This document shows positions 63,964 to 64,000 of a stretch of DNA of 64,000 bases, one piece after another. Location of the stretch: positions 7,539 through 71,538 of the IMG/VR virus record IMGVR_UViG_2974520824_000001; one strand, given 5' to 3'. Under the pieces are notes generated by a model. That model searched no databases. It was not told the DNA's origin and saw only the letters and a program-made list of their open reading frames with translations. Made by a program: the position numbers and the translations under genes. The first letter of the stretch is position 1, and every line of letters begins with the position of its first letter. The stretch comes from a virus.

Positions 63964-63979
63964 TGCCCACCGGTGGGCA
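63964..63979. repeat. 16-bp palindrome copy 5 (TGCCCACCGGTGGGCA), intergenic, 2 nt after stop
   Basis: Exact palindrome; followed by GTGCGA as in copy 3. Confidence 0.8.
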
Positions 63980-64000
63980 TGTGCGAAGGGAGGTCAGGGA

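Overview
The window looks like a contiguous piece of a tailed dsDNA phage (siphovirus-type). The host is probably a mycolic-acid-containing actinobacterium, because a cutinase-like lysin B gene follows lysin A. Every gene I can support is on the + strand. Positions 101-25830 form a classical late operon. It encodes head proteins (a possible decoration protein, then a major capsid protein at 520-1812), four small head-tail connector genes and a major tail protein with a C-terminal FN3/Ig-like domain. It continues with a tail assembly chaperone pair that needs a programmed frameshift and a 1862-aa tape measure protein. Four minor tail proteins follow, two of which share a paralogous Gly-rich C-terminal module. 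A lysis cassette ends the operon: LysA with a Cys-peptidase and a GH19 domain, three small membrane proteins, LysB and an NrdH-like redoxin. A roughly 1.5 kb coding-free, repeat-rich region follows at 25831-27347. From 27348 to 37160 there is an unusual array of about 14 short cassettes, which I take to be early genes. Each cassette consists of a roughly 42-65 nt tRNA-like top-half element, then a small hairpin, then a highly conserved start-associated leader (consensus CAGAGAGGATGGAAC followed by ATG), then a small ORF of unknown function. The tRNA-like elements carry an acceptor stem and a T-arm with a perfect GGTTCGATTCC T-loop, but no anticodon arm. One genuine tRNA-Gln(UUG) lies inside this array at 36834-36905. 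After the array comes a replication and recombination module. It contains an SNF2 helicase, a Cas4-like PD-(D/E)XK exonuclease, a RecA-like ATPase and an SSB-like protein. It also contains MazG, a DnaE-type Pol III alpha, an SPFH/band-7 membrane protein, a RuvC-like resolvase and a PrimPol/D5-type primase-helicase. Many small Zn-ribbon and membrane ORFs are interspersed. Other signals: a 16-bp palindrome (TGCCCACCAGTGGGCA) occurs five times over 38 kb; GGTTAC repeats resembling iterons sit just after the primase-helicase gene; and several translationally coupled micro-ORFs are missing from the ORF track (a 36-aa lipoprotein and a 34-aa membrane peptide among them). All functional calls come from motifs I recognised by eye. 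No database search was run.
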